In this document: in pieces, positions 1-9,984 of the stretch | Layout of the letters: each line of letters opens with the position of its first letter | Numbering within the stretch: the stretch's first letter is position 1 | Assembly (NCBI GenBank): GCA_965221905.1 | Contig: OZ244922.1 | Location: forward strand, 2,592,001 to 2,656,000 | DNA from: Chloroflexota bacterium | GTDB taxonomy: Bacteria; Chloroflexota; UBA11872; VXOZ01 | Direction of reading: 5' to 3' | Length of the DNA stretch: 64,000 bases | Notes under the pieces: generated by a model | What the model was told of the DNA's origin: nothing | Database searches by the model: none | What the model saw: only the letters and a program-made list of their open reading frames with translations | Program-made: the position numbers and the translations under genes

Positions 1-1
1 T

Positions 2-643
2 GCGCCGGACAAAGTAAAAACTATCCACTTGGCGGTGGATCCAACGTTCTATCCACGGTCTGATAATGCTTGCAAGAGCGTCAAGAGCAGACTCGAGATT
101 CCCGATTCGTACTTTCTCGTTGTTGGCACCATCGAAGCGCGCAAGAATCTTGAACGCCTTGTCGCAGCATACGCGCTGCTGCCGCGCAAAGATCGTCCCC
201 GCCTCGTCTTCGCAGGCGGCAGCGGCTTCCACTCCGATAGAGTGCTCAAGGCCGTGCAGGCGCATCACCTAGAGGATCAGGTTCGCTTTCTCGGCCACGT
301 AAGCGACGCCGACTTGCCGATGCTCTATTCCGGGGCGCTCTGTCTGCTCTTCCCTTCTCGGTATGAAGGATTCGGTCTCCCCATTCTTGAGGCAATGGCG
401 TGCGGCTGTCCTGTTGTGACTTCTAACCGAGGCAGCATGGCAGAGGTAGCCGGGGATGCCGCCATCCTCGTGGACCCGGACTCCGTCGAAGCGATGGCGG
501 AAGGTATTTCAACTCTCATGGAAGATCAGTCGCTGCGCGACGACATGATTACCAAGGGGCATACACGCGTGCAGCATTTCTCGTGGCGCGCCGCGGCCAA
601 GCAAACGCTCGCCGTCTATCGGGAAGCGGCAGAATCCCATTGA
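2..643 (+). CDS. Glycosyltransferase family 4 (GT-B), 5'-truncated by window edge
   Basis: Frame open from base 2; motifs VGTIEARKNL and FPSRYEGFGLPILEAMACG. Confidence 0.9.
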   Translation, partial: APDKVKTIHLAVDPTFYPRSDNACKSVKSRLEIPDSYFLVVGTIEARKNLERLVAAYALLPRKDRPRLVFAGGSGFHSDRVLKAVQAHHLEDQVRFLGHVSDADLPMLYSGALCLLFPSRYEGFGLPILEAMACGCPVVTSNRGSMAEVAGDAAILVDPDSVEAMAEGISTLMEDQSLRDDMITKGHTRVQHFSWRAAAKQTLAVYREAAESH

Positions 644-1851
644 TGCGTGTACTCTTCCTTACACCACAACCGCCCTGGCCGCCGCACGTGGGGCCGGCGA
701 TCCGAAACTACCAGCTTATCGCCGGGGCTGCTACGCAGCACCAAGTGTACGTGCTATGCTTCGGCGACTCTGGCACTGACCTGAGCGCCCTGGACGAGAT
801 TTGCAGTTGGGCGGGGTGGGTAGCACGCCCCCACTACTCAATGCGTGACCGCATGTTACATCTCTTACGAAGCTCCGAACCGGATCTCGCCCTCCGTCTC
901 CGCAGTGAGGCATTTGCCGATCGTCTGCGTTTCATCCTGGCGCATCAGCAATTTGACATCGTCCAATTCGAGGGCTTGGAGATGGCCCCTTACTTTCCGG
1001 TGGCGAAGTCGGAAAGTCCGAGCAGCCTGCTCATCCTCGATGAGCACAACGTAGAATACTTGCTGCAAGAGCGTATAGCGGCCATTTCGCGGACAGTGGG
1101 TCGTTGGTATTCTCGAGAGCAAGCCCGTCGGCTGCGAGCATACGAATCAAACGCGCTTGAAACCAGCGACGGATGGATTGCAGTCTCCGAGGTTGACGAA
1201 GCCTTTATAGAACCGCTAAACCCCGGCAAGCCGCATACCGTAGTTCCCATTGGCATAGACCCGGAAAGTCATGCTGCCAAGGAAATTCCGCTCGCTCGGT
1301 TACCGCGCCTCTTCTTTGCGGGCAAGCTAGACTACCGACCTAATTCAGAGGCCTTACGCTGGTTCTGCACCCGCGTCTGGCCGCTAATTCGCGCTCAGGT
1401 GCCAACTGCGGAGTTCATAATCGCGGGCTCGGGATCGGGGCGCAATCAAAGCTGGCTCCATCAGACTGGAATACAAGTGCTCGGCTACCTGGACGATAGG
1501 GAGTTTGCGCAGGCCCTCGGTAGCGCGTGGGTCTGTGTAGTGCCGATACAGGCGGGGAGCGGCATGCGCGTGAAGATCCTCGAAGCTTTTCTTTGGGCGA
1601 AACCGGTAGTGACCACGAGTCTGGGCATAGAGGGCATTGCGGCTCGCGCTAACGAACACGTGCGCATTGCCGACACGCCGGAAGCCTTTGCTGCGAATAC
1701 GGTGGATCTCCTCCGCGACCGGCTGCTGGCACAAGAGCAAGGCCAGGCAGCGAAGCGGTTCGCGGAGGAGCTTTACGATTGGCGTCTCTTTACGCCGCGC
1801 TTGCTGGAGTTTTATGCCCGTCTGTTGGAGTCGCCTCATGGACGCTCCTAG
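643..1851 (+). CDS. Glycosyltransferase family 4
   Basis: ATG overlaps upstream TGA (TGATG); motifs LDEHNVEY, FAGKLDYRPN, GSGMRVKILEA. Confidence 0.88.
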   Translation: MRVLFLTPQPPWPPHVGPAIRNYQLIAGAATQHQVYVLCFGDSGTDLSALDEICSWAGWVARPHYSMRDRMLHLLRSSEPDLALRLRSEAFADRLRFILAHQQFDIVQFEGLEMAPYFPVAKSESPSSLLILDEHNVEYLLQERIAAISRTVGRWYSREQARRLRAYESNALETSDGWIAVSEVDEAFIEPLNPGKPHTVVPIGIDPESHAAKEIPLARLPRLFFAGKLDYRPNSEALRWFCTRVWPLIRAQVPTAEFIIAGSGSGRNQSWLHQTGIQVLGYLDDREFAQALGSAWVCVVPIQAGSGMRVKILEAFLWAKPVVTTSLGIEGIAARANEHVRIADTPEAFAANTVDLLRDRLLAQEQGQAAKRFAEELYDWRLFTPRLLEFYARLLESPHGRS

Positions 1852-2815
1852 AGTTTCGCTGATCATAACGGTACGGAATGAGGAATCGGCATTGCCTGCG
1901 CTGCTGAATTCGCTTCAGGAGCAAGAGCGTCGGCCGGACGAGATTGTCATCGCAGACGGGGGCTCAACCGATGAAACCATTCCTCTGTTGCGCGCGTTTG
2001 CATCTGAGCATCAGCACGTCACTATATTGGAGCTTCCAGGACTAAACATTGCACAGGGGCGTAACGCTGCAATTCAAGCAGCAACCGGAGACATTATCGC
2101 CGTCACCGATGCCGGAGTCTCACTGCCTGCCTGCTGGCTTGCGGAGTTGGTGCGCCCTTTCGAGCACCGACCGGAGGTCGACATGGTCAGCGGTTTCTCG
2201 CGCGCGGCTCCCGAGACGCGCTTCGAAGAGCTCTTGGCGGCAACGACTCTGCCGTTGGTTAGCGAAGTTCACGAGTCCTCGTATCTTGCTTCAAGCCGGA
2301 CTGTGGCGTTTCGCCGCAGGCTCTGGGAGGCGTCAGGCGGCTATCCGGAATGGCTCGACTATAGCGAAGACGTGGTATTCGACCTCAACTGCAAGACAAT
2401 TGGCGCGCACGTTGTCTTCCAGCCCGCGGCAACCGTGCGCTTTCGTCCTCGTCCCAACTTGCGTGCGTTCTTCTTGCAGTACTATCGCTACGCCCGCGGC
2501 GACGGCAAAGCGAACCTATGGCCGGGTCGCCATGCTCTCCGGTACTGCGCATACATCCTCGGCGGCGTCATGCTGTGGCACGGCAGGCAGAATCCAGTGT
2601 GGTGGGCCGTGCTCGGCTTGGCGGCAGTGGCGGCCACCCGTAAGCCGCTCTTGCGCGAGCTCACAGAACCCAAACCCCGCAGCTTAGTGACTCTCATACA
2701 ATCGCTGGGTAGTATTCTGTATATACGAATGGTGGGCGATATTGCCAAGTTGCTTGGTTACCCTGTTGGAGTTTGGTGGCGATGCCGACTTCGTCAAAGA
2801 CACCTAAACCGATGA
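1838..2815 (+). CDS. Glycosyltransferase family 2
   Basis: VSLIITVRNEE, IADGGSTDET, GRNAAI, AVTDAG; C-terminal hydrophobic segments. Confidence 0.9.
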   Translation: MDAPRVSLIITVRNEESALPALLNSLQEQERRPDEIVIADGGSTDETIPLLRAFASEHQHVTILELPGLNIAQGRNAAIQAATGDIIAVTDAGVSLPACWLAELVRPFEHRPEVDMVSGFSRAAPETRFEELLAATTLPLVSEVHESSYLASSRTVAFRRRLWEASGGYPEWLDYSEDVVFDLNCKTIGAHVVFQPAATVRFRPRPNLRAFFLQYYRYARGDGKANLWPGRHALRYCAYILGGVMLWHGRQNPVWWAVLGLAAVAATRKPLLRELTEPKPRSLVTLIQSLGSILYIRMVGDIAKLLGYPVGVWWRCRLRQRHLNR

Positions 2816-3717
2816 GTCCGGCTTCTCTCGAGCTATCCATCATCATTGTTACGCACAATGTCTTGGCGCATCTACGAAGGTGTCTGGCTTCGATCTATGC
2901 CGGTGACTTTGCGGAAAGCTTTGAGGTGTTCGTCGTCGACAACGGCACTGACGAATCGTTGGCAATGGTCGCGGCTGAGTTTCGAAAAGTAAAGCGCGTA
3001 TTGGGATCGCCGCACATTGGCTTCGCGGCAGGCAACAATCTTGCACTCCCCCAGGCGCGCGGTCGCTACATCCTCTTGTTGAACCCGGATACGGAACTCC
3101 CGTCCTCTGCTCTCTCTGAACTCCATGCCGTGATGGAAACGCACCCGCATTGGGGAGTGGTGGGGCCCAAGCTCCTGCGTGCCGACGGTAGCCTGGATCT
3201 TGCCTGCCGCCGCTCGTTTCCGACGCCCTGGAATGCGCTCATGAAGGCGTGCGGCCTCGCAAAACGCTTCCCCCAATCGCGCTTTACGGCCGGCTATAAT
3301 CTCACATATATCGATCCCGATGAGAGCCATCCCTTAGATGCTATAGTGGGCGCGTTCATGTTCATTCGCCGCAAAGCACTCGCCCAAGCTGGGCCGCTGG
3401 ACGATGTCTTCTTCATGTACGGCGAAGACCTCGATCTCTGCTATCGTATAAAGCAGGCTGGATGGCAAGTATGGTATTGGCCGGCAGTTGCGGTGCGGCA
3501 CCTTAAGGGTGAGAGCAGCCGCCAGCGGCCGGGTCGCATGACTTTCGAGTTTTTTCGATCCATGCATTTGTTCTATGCCAAGCACCAAGCGCCAAGCAAC
3601 TCAACCACATTGAATTTCTTCGTCATTTTGGCAATTTGGGTATTCTTCATCGCTGCGATGCTCCGAGTTTGGACGCGAAGAAGATCCCAACAAGCACCGC
3701 GGCTTCCAGCGCTCTAG
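2812..3717 (+). CDS. Glycosyltransferase family 2 (WbbL/rhamnosyltransferase-like)
   Basis: LSIIIVTHN, GFAAGNN, LLLNPDT, FFMYGEDLDLC; ATGA overlap with upstream gene. Confidence 0.88.
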   Translation: MSPASLELSIIIVTHNVLAHLRRCLASIYAGDFAESFEVFVVDNGTDESLAMVAAEFRKVKRVLGSPHIGFAAGNNLALPQARGRYILLLNPDTELPSSALSELHAVMETHPHWGVVGPKLLRADGSLDLACRRSFPTPWNALMKACGLAKRFPQSRFTAGYNLTYIDPDESHPLDAIVGAFMFIRRKALAQAGPLDDVFFMYGEDLDLCYRIKQAGWQVWYWPAVAVRHLKGESSRQRPGRMTFEFFRSMHLFYAKHQAPSNSTTLNFFVILAIWVFFIAAMLRVWTRRRSQQAPRLPAL

Positions 3718-3731
3718 CAAGGAGAGGAAGC

Positions 3732-5138
3732 ATGACGCTAAAGAGAGATCTAAATTTCCTCTTCGTGCCGTTGTGGCTCCTACTCGATGCCCTGGCAGTA
3801 GCTCTTGCCGTCTTCTGCTCCTATTACGTGCGCTTCACTCTAGGCTGGCCTCCGCCGGAGGAAATTCATGCCATTGAGGTGTACTACCGGCTGTGGTTCC
3901 TCTTGACCGTGTTGTACATGGGCATGATGATGCTCAATGGGCTCTATCGACCGCAACGGCACGTACCTTCAGAAGAGTATTTCCTCAAGATTTTTGCCGC
4001 CGTTGCGCTGGGTACTATCCTTGCCGTAGGCATCTCCACGTTCTTCTGGCGCGAAGGTTTCGTGTACTCCCGTCTACTCGTCGGCTATGCAGCATTTCTC
4101 AGTATCTTCTTCCTCACGTTTGAGCGCGTTGTCCTGTCTCTAACGCGCGGTGCAATGCATCAAAGAAACTTTGGGACGGTACGCACAGTCATTGTGGGAC
4201 ACGGATCGGGAAGCGAATTCGTGCACGATCATCTTCAGCGCCTTCCGCAACTCGGGTACGAAATAGTCGGCATCCTGGATGACGATCCGGATGAAAACGC
4301 GCTGCGCTTGAGCTATCCCTTGCTGGGCAAGCTAGCTCTGCTCCCGAACGTTATTTCGGAGTATGAGGTTAAAGAGGTCATAATCACATTGCCCGAGCTC
4401 AACACGAAGGAGTTGCTGCGCATCCTCGACCTCTGTCCCACAGAGAATGTCCGAATCCGCGTACATCCGGACCTCTTCCAATTCCTGGTCAGCACTGTGC
4501 AAGTGGACGAAATCTCCGGCCTGCCGCTGCTCACGGTCAAGGAACCCCGTCTTGCCGGATGGCACCGGGTGGCGAAACGCACGATGGACATCGTGGTCGC
4601 GGCCTTCACTCTAGTCCTGCTATCGGGCCCGCTGCTTATTGTTACACTGCTGATTCGCCTCGACTCGGCCGGCCCTACGTTCTTCGTCCAGGAGCGTGTA
4701 GGTCGTGACGGTAAGGCCTTCCCCATCATCAAGTTTCGTACAATGGTGGATAACAGTTCCGGTCAAGATAGCCGCGATTGGACAGTTCCCGATGACCCGC
4801 GACGCACCCGTTTGGGTAGATTTCTGCGTCGGTTCTCCATAGACGAGTTGCCTAACCTTATCAACGTGCTTATGGGCCACATGAGCCTTGTTGGCCCGCG
4901 CGCTGAGCAACCGCAATACGTGAGGCAATTCAGCGCCGAAATCCCACGGTACATGGAGCGCCATCGAGAGAAAGCGGGAATGACCGGCTGGGCGCAGGTC
5001 AACGGCTTGCGCGGTGACGTGCCCATCGACCAGCGCACACAATACGACCTCTATTACATCGAGAATTGGTCGATCTTCTTCGACGTTCGCATCCTCCTGA
5101 GAACGCTCATCGCCGTCTTCAAGGAGCCGGCCTACTAA
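3732..5138 (+). CDS. Undecaprenyl-phosphate sugar phosphotransferase (WcaJ/CpsE-type priming transferase)
   Basis: Four N-terminal TM segments, KRTMDI, KFRTM, SIDELP, MSLVGPR, GMTGWAQVNG, DLYYIENWS; RBS AGGAG upstream. Confidence 0.92.
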   Translation: MTLKRDLNFLFVPLWLLLDALAVALAVFCSYYVRFTLGWPPPEEIHAIEVYYRLWFLLTVLYMGMMMLNGLYRPQRHVPSEEYFLKIFAAVALGTILAVGISTFFWREGFVYSRLLVGYAAFLSIFFLTFERVVLSLTRGAMHQRNFGTVRTVIVGHGSGSEFVHDHLQRLPQLGYEIVGILDDDPDENALRLSYPLLGKLALLPNVISEYEVKEVIITLPELNTKELLRILDLCPTENVRIRVHPDLFQFLVSTVQVDEISGLPLLTVKEPRLAGWHRVAKRTMDIVVAAFTLVLLSGPLLIVTLLIRLDSAGPTFFVQERVGRDGKAFPIIKFRTMVDNSSGQDSRDWTVPDDPRRTRLGRFLRRFSIDELPNLINVLMGHMSLVGPRAEQPQYVRQFSAEIPRYMERHREKAGMTGWAQVNGLRGDVPIDQRTQYDLYYIENWSIFFDVRILLRTLIAVFKEPAY

Positions 5139-5225
5139 TGGTATTGTCGTTGGAGGAACATCGGATCGGCATGCCGGCACAATGCTTCCAAGTACAGCAA
5201 CTAGGAGCACACCATAGGATGAACC

Positions 5226-6305
5226 ATGAAAATCACTGAAATCACACATCGTGAATACCGCTGGCCCCGTCGCAAACCTATCCGCAACGGCATGTTTACC
5301 TACACCGACGTCACACTCTCTGTCGTGGAAGTTGCGACCGACGTTGGGCTCGTCGGTCTCGGTCTGGGAGGTGTCAACCCCTCTCTCTTGGAGCGTTTCA
5401 AGCCGCTGCTCATCGGCGAAGACCCCTTCAATGTAGAGCGGCTGTGGCATGCTCTGTGGGTGCCGAAACTTGTGGGAAGGCGCGGCACGGAGACACGCAC
5501 GATTTCAACCCTAGACATCGCCCTTTGGGACCTGAACGGAAAAGCCACGGGAAAGTCCGTGCGCCAATTGCTTGGCGGCTATGCGGAACGCATTCCGGTC
5601 TACATTGCGGGGGGCTACTACGAAGAAGATAAGGGCCTCAACGAGTTGGCGGAGGAAATGGCGGAGAACGTGCGCATGGGCGCACGGGCGGTCAAGATTA
5701 AGATCGGCGGCGCACCGATCCGAGAGGATGTGGAGCGCGTGCGAATAGTGCGTGAAACGGTGGGCCCGGACGTAGCCGTGATGGTGGACGCGAACAATGC
5801 CTACCCTGCCCACGAAGCCATCCGCATTGCCGCCCAGATGGAAGAATTCGACATCTACTGGTTCGAGGAGCCAGTGGGTGCGGACGATTATGCGGGCTGC
5901 GCCCGCGTTGCCCAAGCGACCAGCATCCCCATTGCTACCGGCGAAAACGAGTACACGCGCTATGGATTTCGCGACCTCATTCAACACCAGGCCGCCAGCA
6001 TCCTCAACGCCGATGCCAATATCTGCGGCGGCGTGACGGAGTTCCGTCGCATCGCCGCGCTAGCTGCTGCCCATGATTTGGTGATCGCTCCGCACGGTTC
6101 GCAAGACATTCACATTCACCTCGTTACCGGTATTCCAAACGGGCTAATCCTCGAGTACTATCGAGATACCGTGGATCCGATGTGGGGCAAGACATTCGAA
6201 GAGCCGCTAATGCTGGATGCCGACGGCATGCTCGCGCCGCCGGAGAGGCCGGGCTTTGGCATCACGCTCAATGAGGACGCTTTAGCGGAGTTCCGCGTAT
6301 TGTAG
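5226..6305 (+). CDS. Mandelate racemase/muconate lactonizing enzyme family protein (enolase superfamily)
   Basis: LDIALWDL, KIKIG, MVDAN, WFEEP, IATGEN, APH motifs. Confidence 0.92.
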   Translation: MKITEITHREYRWPRRKPIRNGMFTYTDVTLSVVEVATDVGLVGLGLGGVNPSLLERFKPLLIGEDPFNVERLWHALWVPKLVGRRGTETRTISTLDIALWDLNGKATGKSVRQLLGGYAERIPVYIAGGYYEEDKGLNELAEEMAENVRMGARAVKIKIGGAPIREDVERVRIVRETVGPDVAVMVDANNAYPAHEAIRIAAQMEEFDIYWFEEPVGADDYAGCARVAQATSIPIATGENEYTRYGFRDLIQHQAASILNADANICGGVTEFRRIAALAAAHDLVIAPHGSQDIHIHLVTGIPNGLILEYYRDTVDPMWGKTFEEPLMLDADGMLAPPERPGFGITLNEDALAEFRVL

Positions 6306-6489
6306 GGACGTGGAGCGAATGCTAGACCACTGCATTGGGACCAATCTGCCTCATTACGCATATCCTAACCGGCCACGCTTCGTTCTTGCATTCAGAGACC
6401 TTGCACATACTGTGTTACGCTAATATGGGCAGTGCAGGTGCCGAAAAACCAAATCCAACTCCCCACTTAGAAAGTGAGCACCCAAGCCA

Positions 6490-7374
6490 ATGACGGTCTT
6501 TGAAAAGCCAGGAAACTGGTATAAGGGCAACCTACACACCCACTCTACTAACTCGGACGGGCTCTTTTCACCGGAGCAGGCAGCGTTGTGGTACTGGACT
6601 ATGGGGTACGACTTTCTTTCGATCACCGATCATCGCACGCTCACCCTTTTTGAAAAGCAGCCTCAGCGCAGCCCAGTGCTCATCCCCGGTATGGAACTCG
6701 ATGGCGGTGATGCTCGCGCCGGCGGTAGCTACCATATCGTTGGTCTCGGCCTCCGCGACATGCACGAGCAGCCACCCAACCTGGATGCCCAAGGAGCCAT
6801 AGACACCATACGCGCGGACGGCGGCTTGGCCGTGCTAGCGCATCCCTACTGGCAGGGACACGTCACCTCCGATCTCACGCATCTGGAAGGCGCAGTCGGC
6901 CTTGAAGTTTTTAACAGTGCCACCGAACTCAGCATCAACAAGGGCAACAGTTCCTATCTTTGGGATGGACTGCTTGACCGCAAGCGAGCCCTCTACGGTC
7001 TTGCCGTGGACGACACACACTGGAGACGTCCGGCTGCTGGCGGCGGTTGGATCATGGCCAAGGCCGCGGCATGCACGCCGAATTCAATACTAGAGGCAAT
7101 ATCTGCGGGCGATTTCTACGCCTCCCAGGGACCGGAAATTCACGACTTTCGGCTGGAGGATGGTATTGCCTCGGCCAAGACTTCACCGGTCCGTACGATT
7201 GCTTTCATGGCCGAACGCAACCACGGTTTGGCAATCCGCTCGCCACAGGGCGATCCCATCACTTCCGCCCACTACTCCTTAAGAAATGAGCGTACTTACG
7301 TGCGTTTGGAGTGCGTGGACTTCCAGGGTCGGCGCGCATGGAGCAATGCGATTTGGCTTGAGGAGAATGAATAG
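6490..7374 (+). CDS. PHP-domain metallohydrolase (CehA/McbA-like), copy 1
   Basis: GNLHTHSTNSDG, ITDH, AHPYW, AVDDTH. Confidence 0.88.
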   Translation: MTVFEKPGNWYKGNLHTHSTNSDGLFSPEQAALWYWTMGYDFLSITDHRTLTLFEKQPQRSPVLIPGMELDGGDARAGGSYHIVGLGLRDMHEQPPNLDAQGAIDTIRADGGLAVLAHPYWQGHVTSDLTHLEGAVGLEVFNSATELSINKGNSSYLWDGLLDRKRALYGLAVDDTHWRRPAAGGGWIMAKAAACTPNSILEAISAGDFYASQGPEIHDFRLEDGIASAKTSPVRTIAFMAERNHGLAIRSPQGDPITSAHYSLRNERTYVRLECVDFQGRRAWSNAIWLEENE

Positions 7375-7387
7375 AGCGAGGAGAAAC

Positions 7388-7669
7388 CTGCGGCGGCGCA
7401 ACCGAATTTCGCCGCATCGCCGCGCTTTCCACCTCCCATGATCTGGTGACGCCCCTCACGGTTCGCAGGATATTCAAATCCACCTCGTAACCAGAATCCC
7501 CAATGGGCTGATTCTCGAGTATTACCGCGACACCGTGGATCCTATGTGGGGCAAGACGTTCAAAGAAACGCTCATACTGGATGCGGATGGGATGCTCGCG
7601 CCGCCCGATAGACCTGGCTTTGGCATTGAACTGAACGAGGAAGCCTTAGCACCGTATCGCGTGGCATAG
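7388..7669 (+). pseudogene. Frameshifted 3' fragment of a paralog of the enolase gene at 5226-6305
   Basis: Translates to CGGATEFRRIAA...PHGSQDIQIHLVTRIPNGLILEYYRDTVDPMWGKTF..., matching about 6023-6305; 1-bp deletion near 7450; no start codon. Confidence 0.9.
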
Positions 7670-7845
7670 GGATTCCACAGGCACGCCACCCGCTATCTAC
7701 GTCGCAGCCACGCACTGGCGACTCTTTCGTTCAATAATTGCCTAGGGCGTCAGCCCGCATGCTTGGCGCTGCGGTGATTGCGCTAGAATGAAGGGAGAAC
7801 GCATCGGTCCCAATCCCTCCCCAATCGCAAAGAAAGTGAGTGCAC

Positions 7846-8736
7846 ATGGCACAGACAGTCTTTCAAAAGCCTGGAAACTGGTACAAGGGAAACCTGCACA
7901 CGCACTCCACAAACTCAGACGGCCTCTATCCTCCGGAGATGGTAGCGTTGTGGTATTGGACGACGGGCTACGACTTCCTTTCGATTACGGACCACCGCAC
8001 CCTCACCCTCTTTGAATCGCCGCCTACGCGCAGTCCGGTGCTTATTCCCGGCATGGAGCTCAATGGCGATGATGCCCGCGCCGGAGGAGGATACCATATC
8101 GTTGGTCTCGGTCTGAACAACATGCACGCCCAACCGCCTGATCTCGATGCTCAAGGAGCAATTGATGCGATCCGCGCCGATGGGGGTCTGGCGGTGCTGG
8201 CCCATCCCTACTGGCTGGGACACGTCACCACCGACCTTGCACACCTTGAAGGCGCTACCGGCCTCGAAGTCTTCAACTACGGCACGCAAGTGAGCATCAA
8301 CAAAGGTGACAGTACCTATCTCTGGGATGGTCTGCTCGACCGCAAGCGGCCGCTCTTGGGTCTGGCCGTAGACGACACACACTGGAAGCTGCCCGATGCC
8401 GGCGGCGGATGGGTCATGGCGAAAGCCGCTTCATGCACACCGAAAGACATCTTGGACGCAGTCGCAGTAGGAGACTTCTACGCGTCTCAAGGACCGGAGA
8501 TTCATGATTTCCGCATCGAGGACGGTGTGGCCTATGCGAAGACCTCGCCGGTGAGGACCATTGCCTTTATGTCCGAACGCTCGCATGGACTGGCAATCCG
8601 ATCCCCGCAGGGCGATCCCATTACCTCAGCCCGTTACTCCCTGCGAAACGAGCACACGTACGTGCGCCTGGAATGTGTTGACTTTCAAGGACGACGCGCG
8701 TGGAGCAATCCCATCTGGCTTGAAGGAAACGAGTAG
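7846..8736 (+). CDS. PHP-domain metallohydrolase (CehA/McbA-like), copy 2
   Basis: Colinear close paralog of 6490-7374 with the same metal-binding motifs. Confidence 0.88.
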   Translation: MAQTVFQKPGNWYKGNLHTHSTNSDGLYPPEMVALWYWTTGYDFLSITDHRTLTLFESPPTRSPVLIPGMELNGDDARAGGGYHIVGLGLNNMHAQPPDLDAQGAIDAIRADGGLAVLAHPYWLGHVTTDLAHLEGATGLEVFNYGTQVSINKGDSTYLWDGLLDRKRPLLGLAVDDTHWKLPDAGGGWVMAKAASCTPKDILDAVAVGDFYASQGPEIHDFRIEDGVAYAKTSPVRTIAFMSERSHGLAIRSPQGDPITSARYSLRNEHTYVRLECVDFQGRRAWSNPIWLEGNE

Positions 8737-8753
8737 CTCTAGGAGGAAGTTGC

Positions 8754-9887
8754 ATGAAGATCGTAGACCTTAGGCTCCATCCGGTTGCCGTGGCAAGGCA
8801 ATATGCCACGCTGACCTCCGGCGGCCAAGAAGGCCGTCAAAACCCTGACGCCGTACCCGTGGAACTATCCTATTTCTACATCCTCGAATTAGAGACCGAT
8901 TCCGGCATTGTGGGCATTGGCGAGATATCGGACATCGACCCAAAGACGCGTTTCGGCGACGGTTCTTCCATGGAGATCGATAACGTATCTCAGAAGCTGC
9001 GTTCGCAGCTTATGGGGCGTGATCCGACCAACTTCGAGCAACTCGTACGAGATGTAGATTTCGGCGGCCTCGTGAATTGCGCCATCGACACTGCCTGCTA
9101 CGACATCTTGGGAAAGGTCTCCGGAATCTCGGCCACTACTCTGGCCGGCGGCCGCTATCGCGAGAGTGTTTGGGTCTCGTGGGTAGCCTATATTCGCGAG
9201 CCCGAAGCCATGGCGCCGGAGATCGAGGAGAAGCTGGGGCAGGGCTTCGATGCTTTCAAATTCAAGGTAGGGCGCGACATCGACCTGGACGAAGAGCGCA
9301 TCAAGCTCTTCCGACAAATCGGCGGCCCCGATCTGAACCTAAAGCTCGATGCCAATGCGGCCTGGGACGTTGATGAAGCCATCTCATACATCCGCCGCCT
9401 GGAAAAGTACGATATCTCAGGTGTAGAGACGCCCATCGACAAAGTGAATGTCACCGGCATGGCCCAAGTGCGCAAAGCAGTCGGCACGCCAATTCTGGAG
9501 CACGTGAGTACGCCTGAGTACGCCCTCGAGTTGGTGCGCCATGAGGCAGTGGACGTCTTCAACGTTTCAACGGTAGGATGCGGCGGCATCTATCGGGCGA
9601 AGAAGGTAATCGCCCTGGCCGAAGCCACCGGTCTGGAAGTACTCCTCGGCAGCACCGTAGAACTCGGCGTGGGCACCGCCGCGCAACTGGCGCTTGCCGC
9701 TTCCTCGGCGCGTGTGGACTGGCCCTCAGACCTCATCGGGCCGCTCATGTACGTTGACGACGTACTGGTAGAGCCTTGGGAGTGGGAGAACGGGTATCTT
9801 CGCGTTCCATCCGGCGCGGGTATGGGCGTCACGCTCGACTCTCAGAAGCTCCAGTCGCTCTATCACACACTTCCCACATCGTCGTAA
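8754..9887 (+). CDS. Enolase superfamily protein, muconate-lactonizing/dipeptide-epimerase subgroup
   Basis: KFKVG (KxK), LDAN, ETP, GSTVELGVG; strong RBS AGGAGG. Confidence 0.85.
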   Translation: MKIVDLRLHPVAVARQYATLTSGGQEGRQNPDAVPVELSYFYILELETDSGIVGIGEISDIDPKTRFGDGSSMEIDNVSQKLRSQLMGRDPTNFEQLVRDVDFGGLVNCAIDTACYDILGKVSGISATTLAGGRYRESVWVSWVAYIREPEAMAPEIEEKLGQGFDAFKFKVGRDIDLDEERIKLFRQIGGPDLNLKLDANAAWDVDEAISYIRRLEKYDISGVETPIDKVNVTGMAQVRKAVGTPILEHVSTPEYALELVRHEAVDVFNVSTVGCGGIYRAKKVIALAEATGLEVLLGSTVELGVGTAAQLALAASSARVDWPSDLIGPLMYVDDVLVEPWEWENGYLRVPSGAGMGVTLDSQKLQSLYHTLPTSS

Positions 9888-9984
9888 TACATGTCGAAGA
9901 TCTCTTATGGCAGCGCCGTATAGACCTGCTCAGCGCGCTAGAATGCGCTTAGGGTAAAGCGACTGGATAGTCCTGCCCGAAAGA

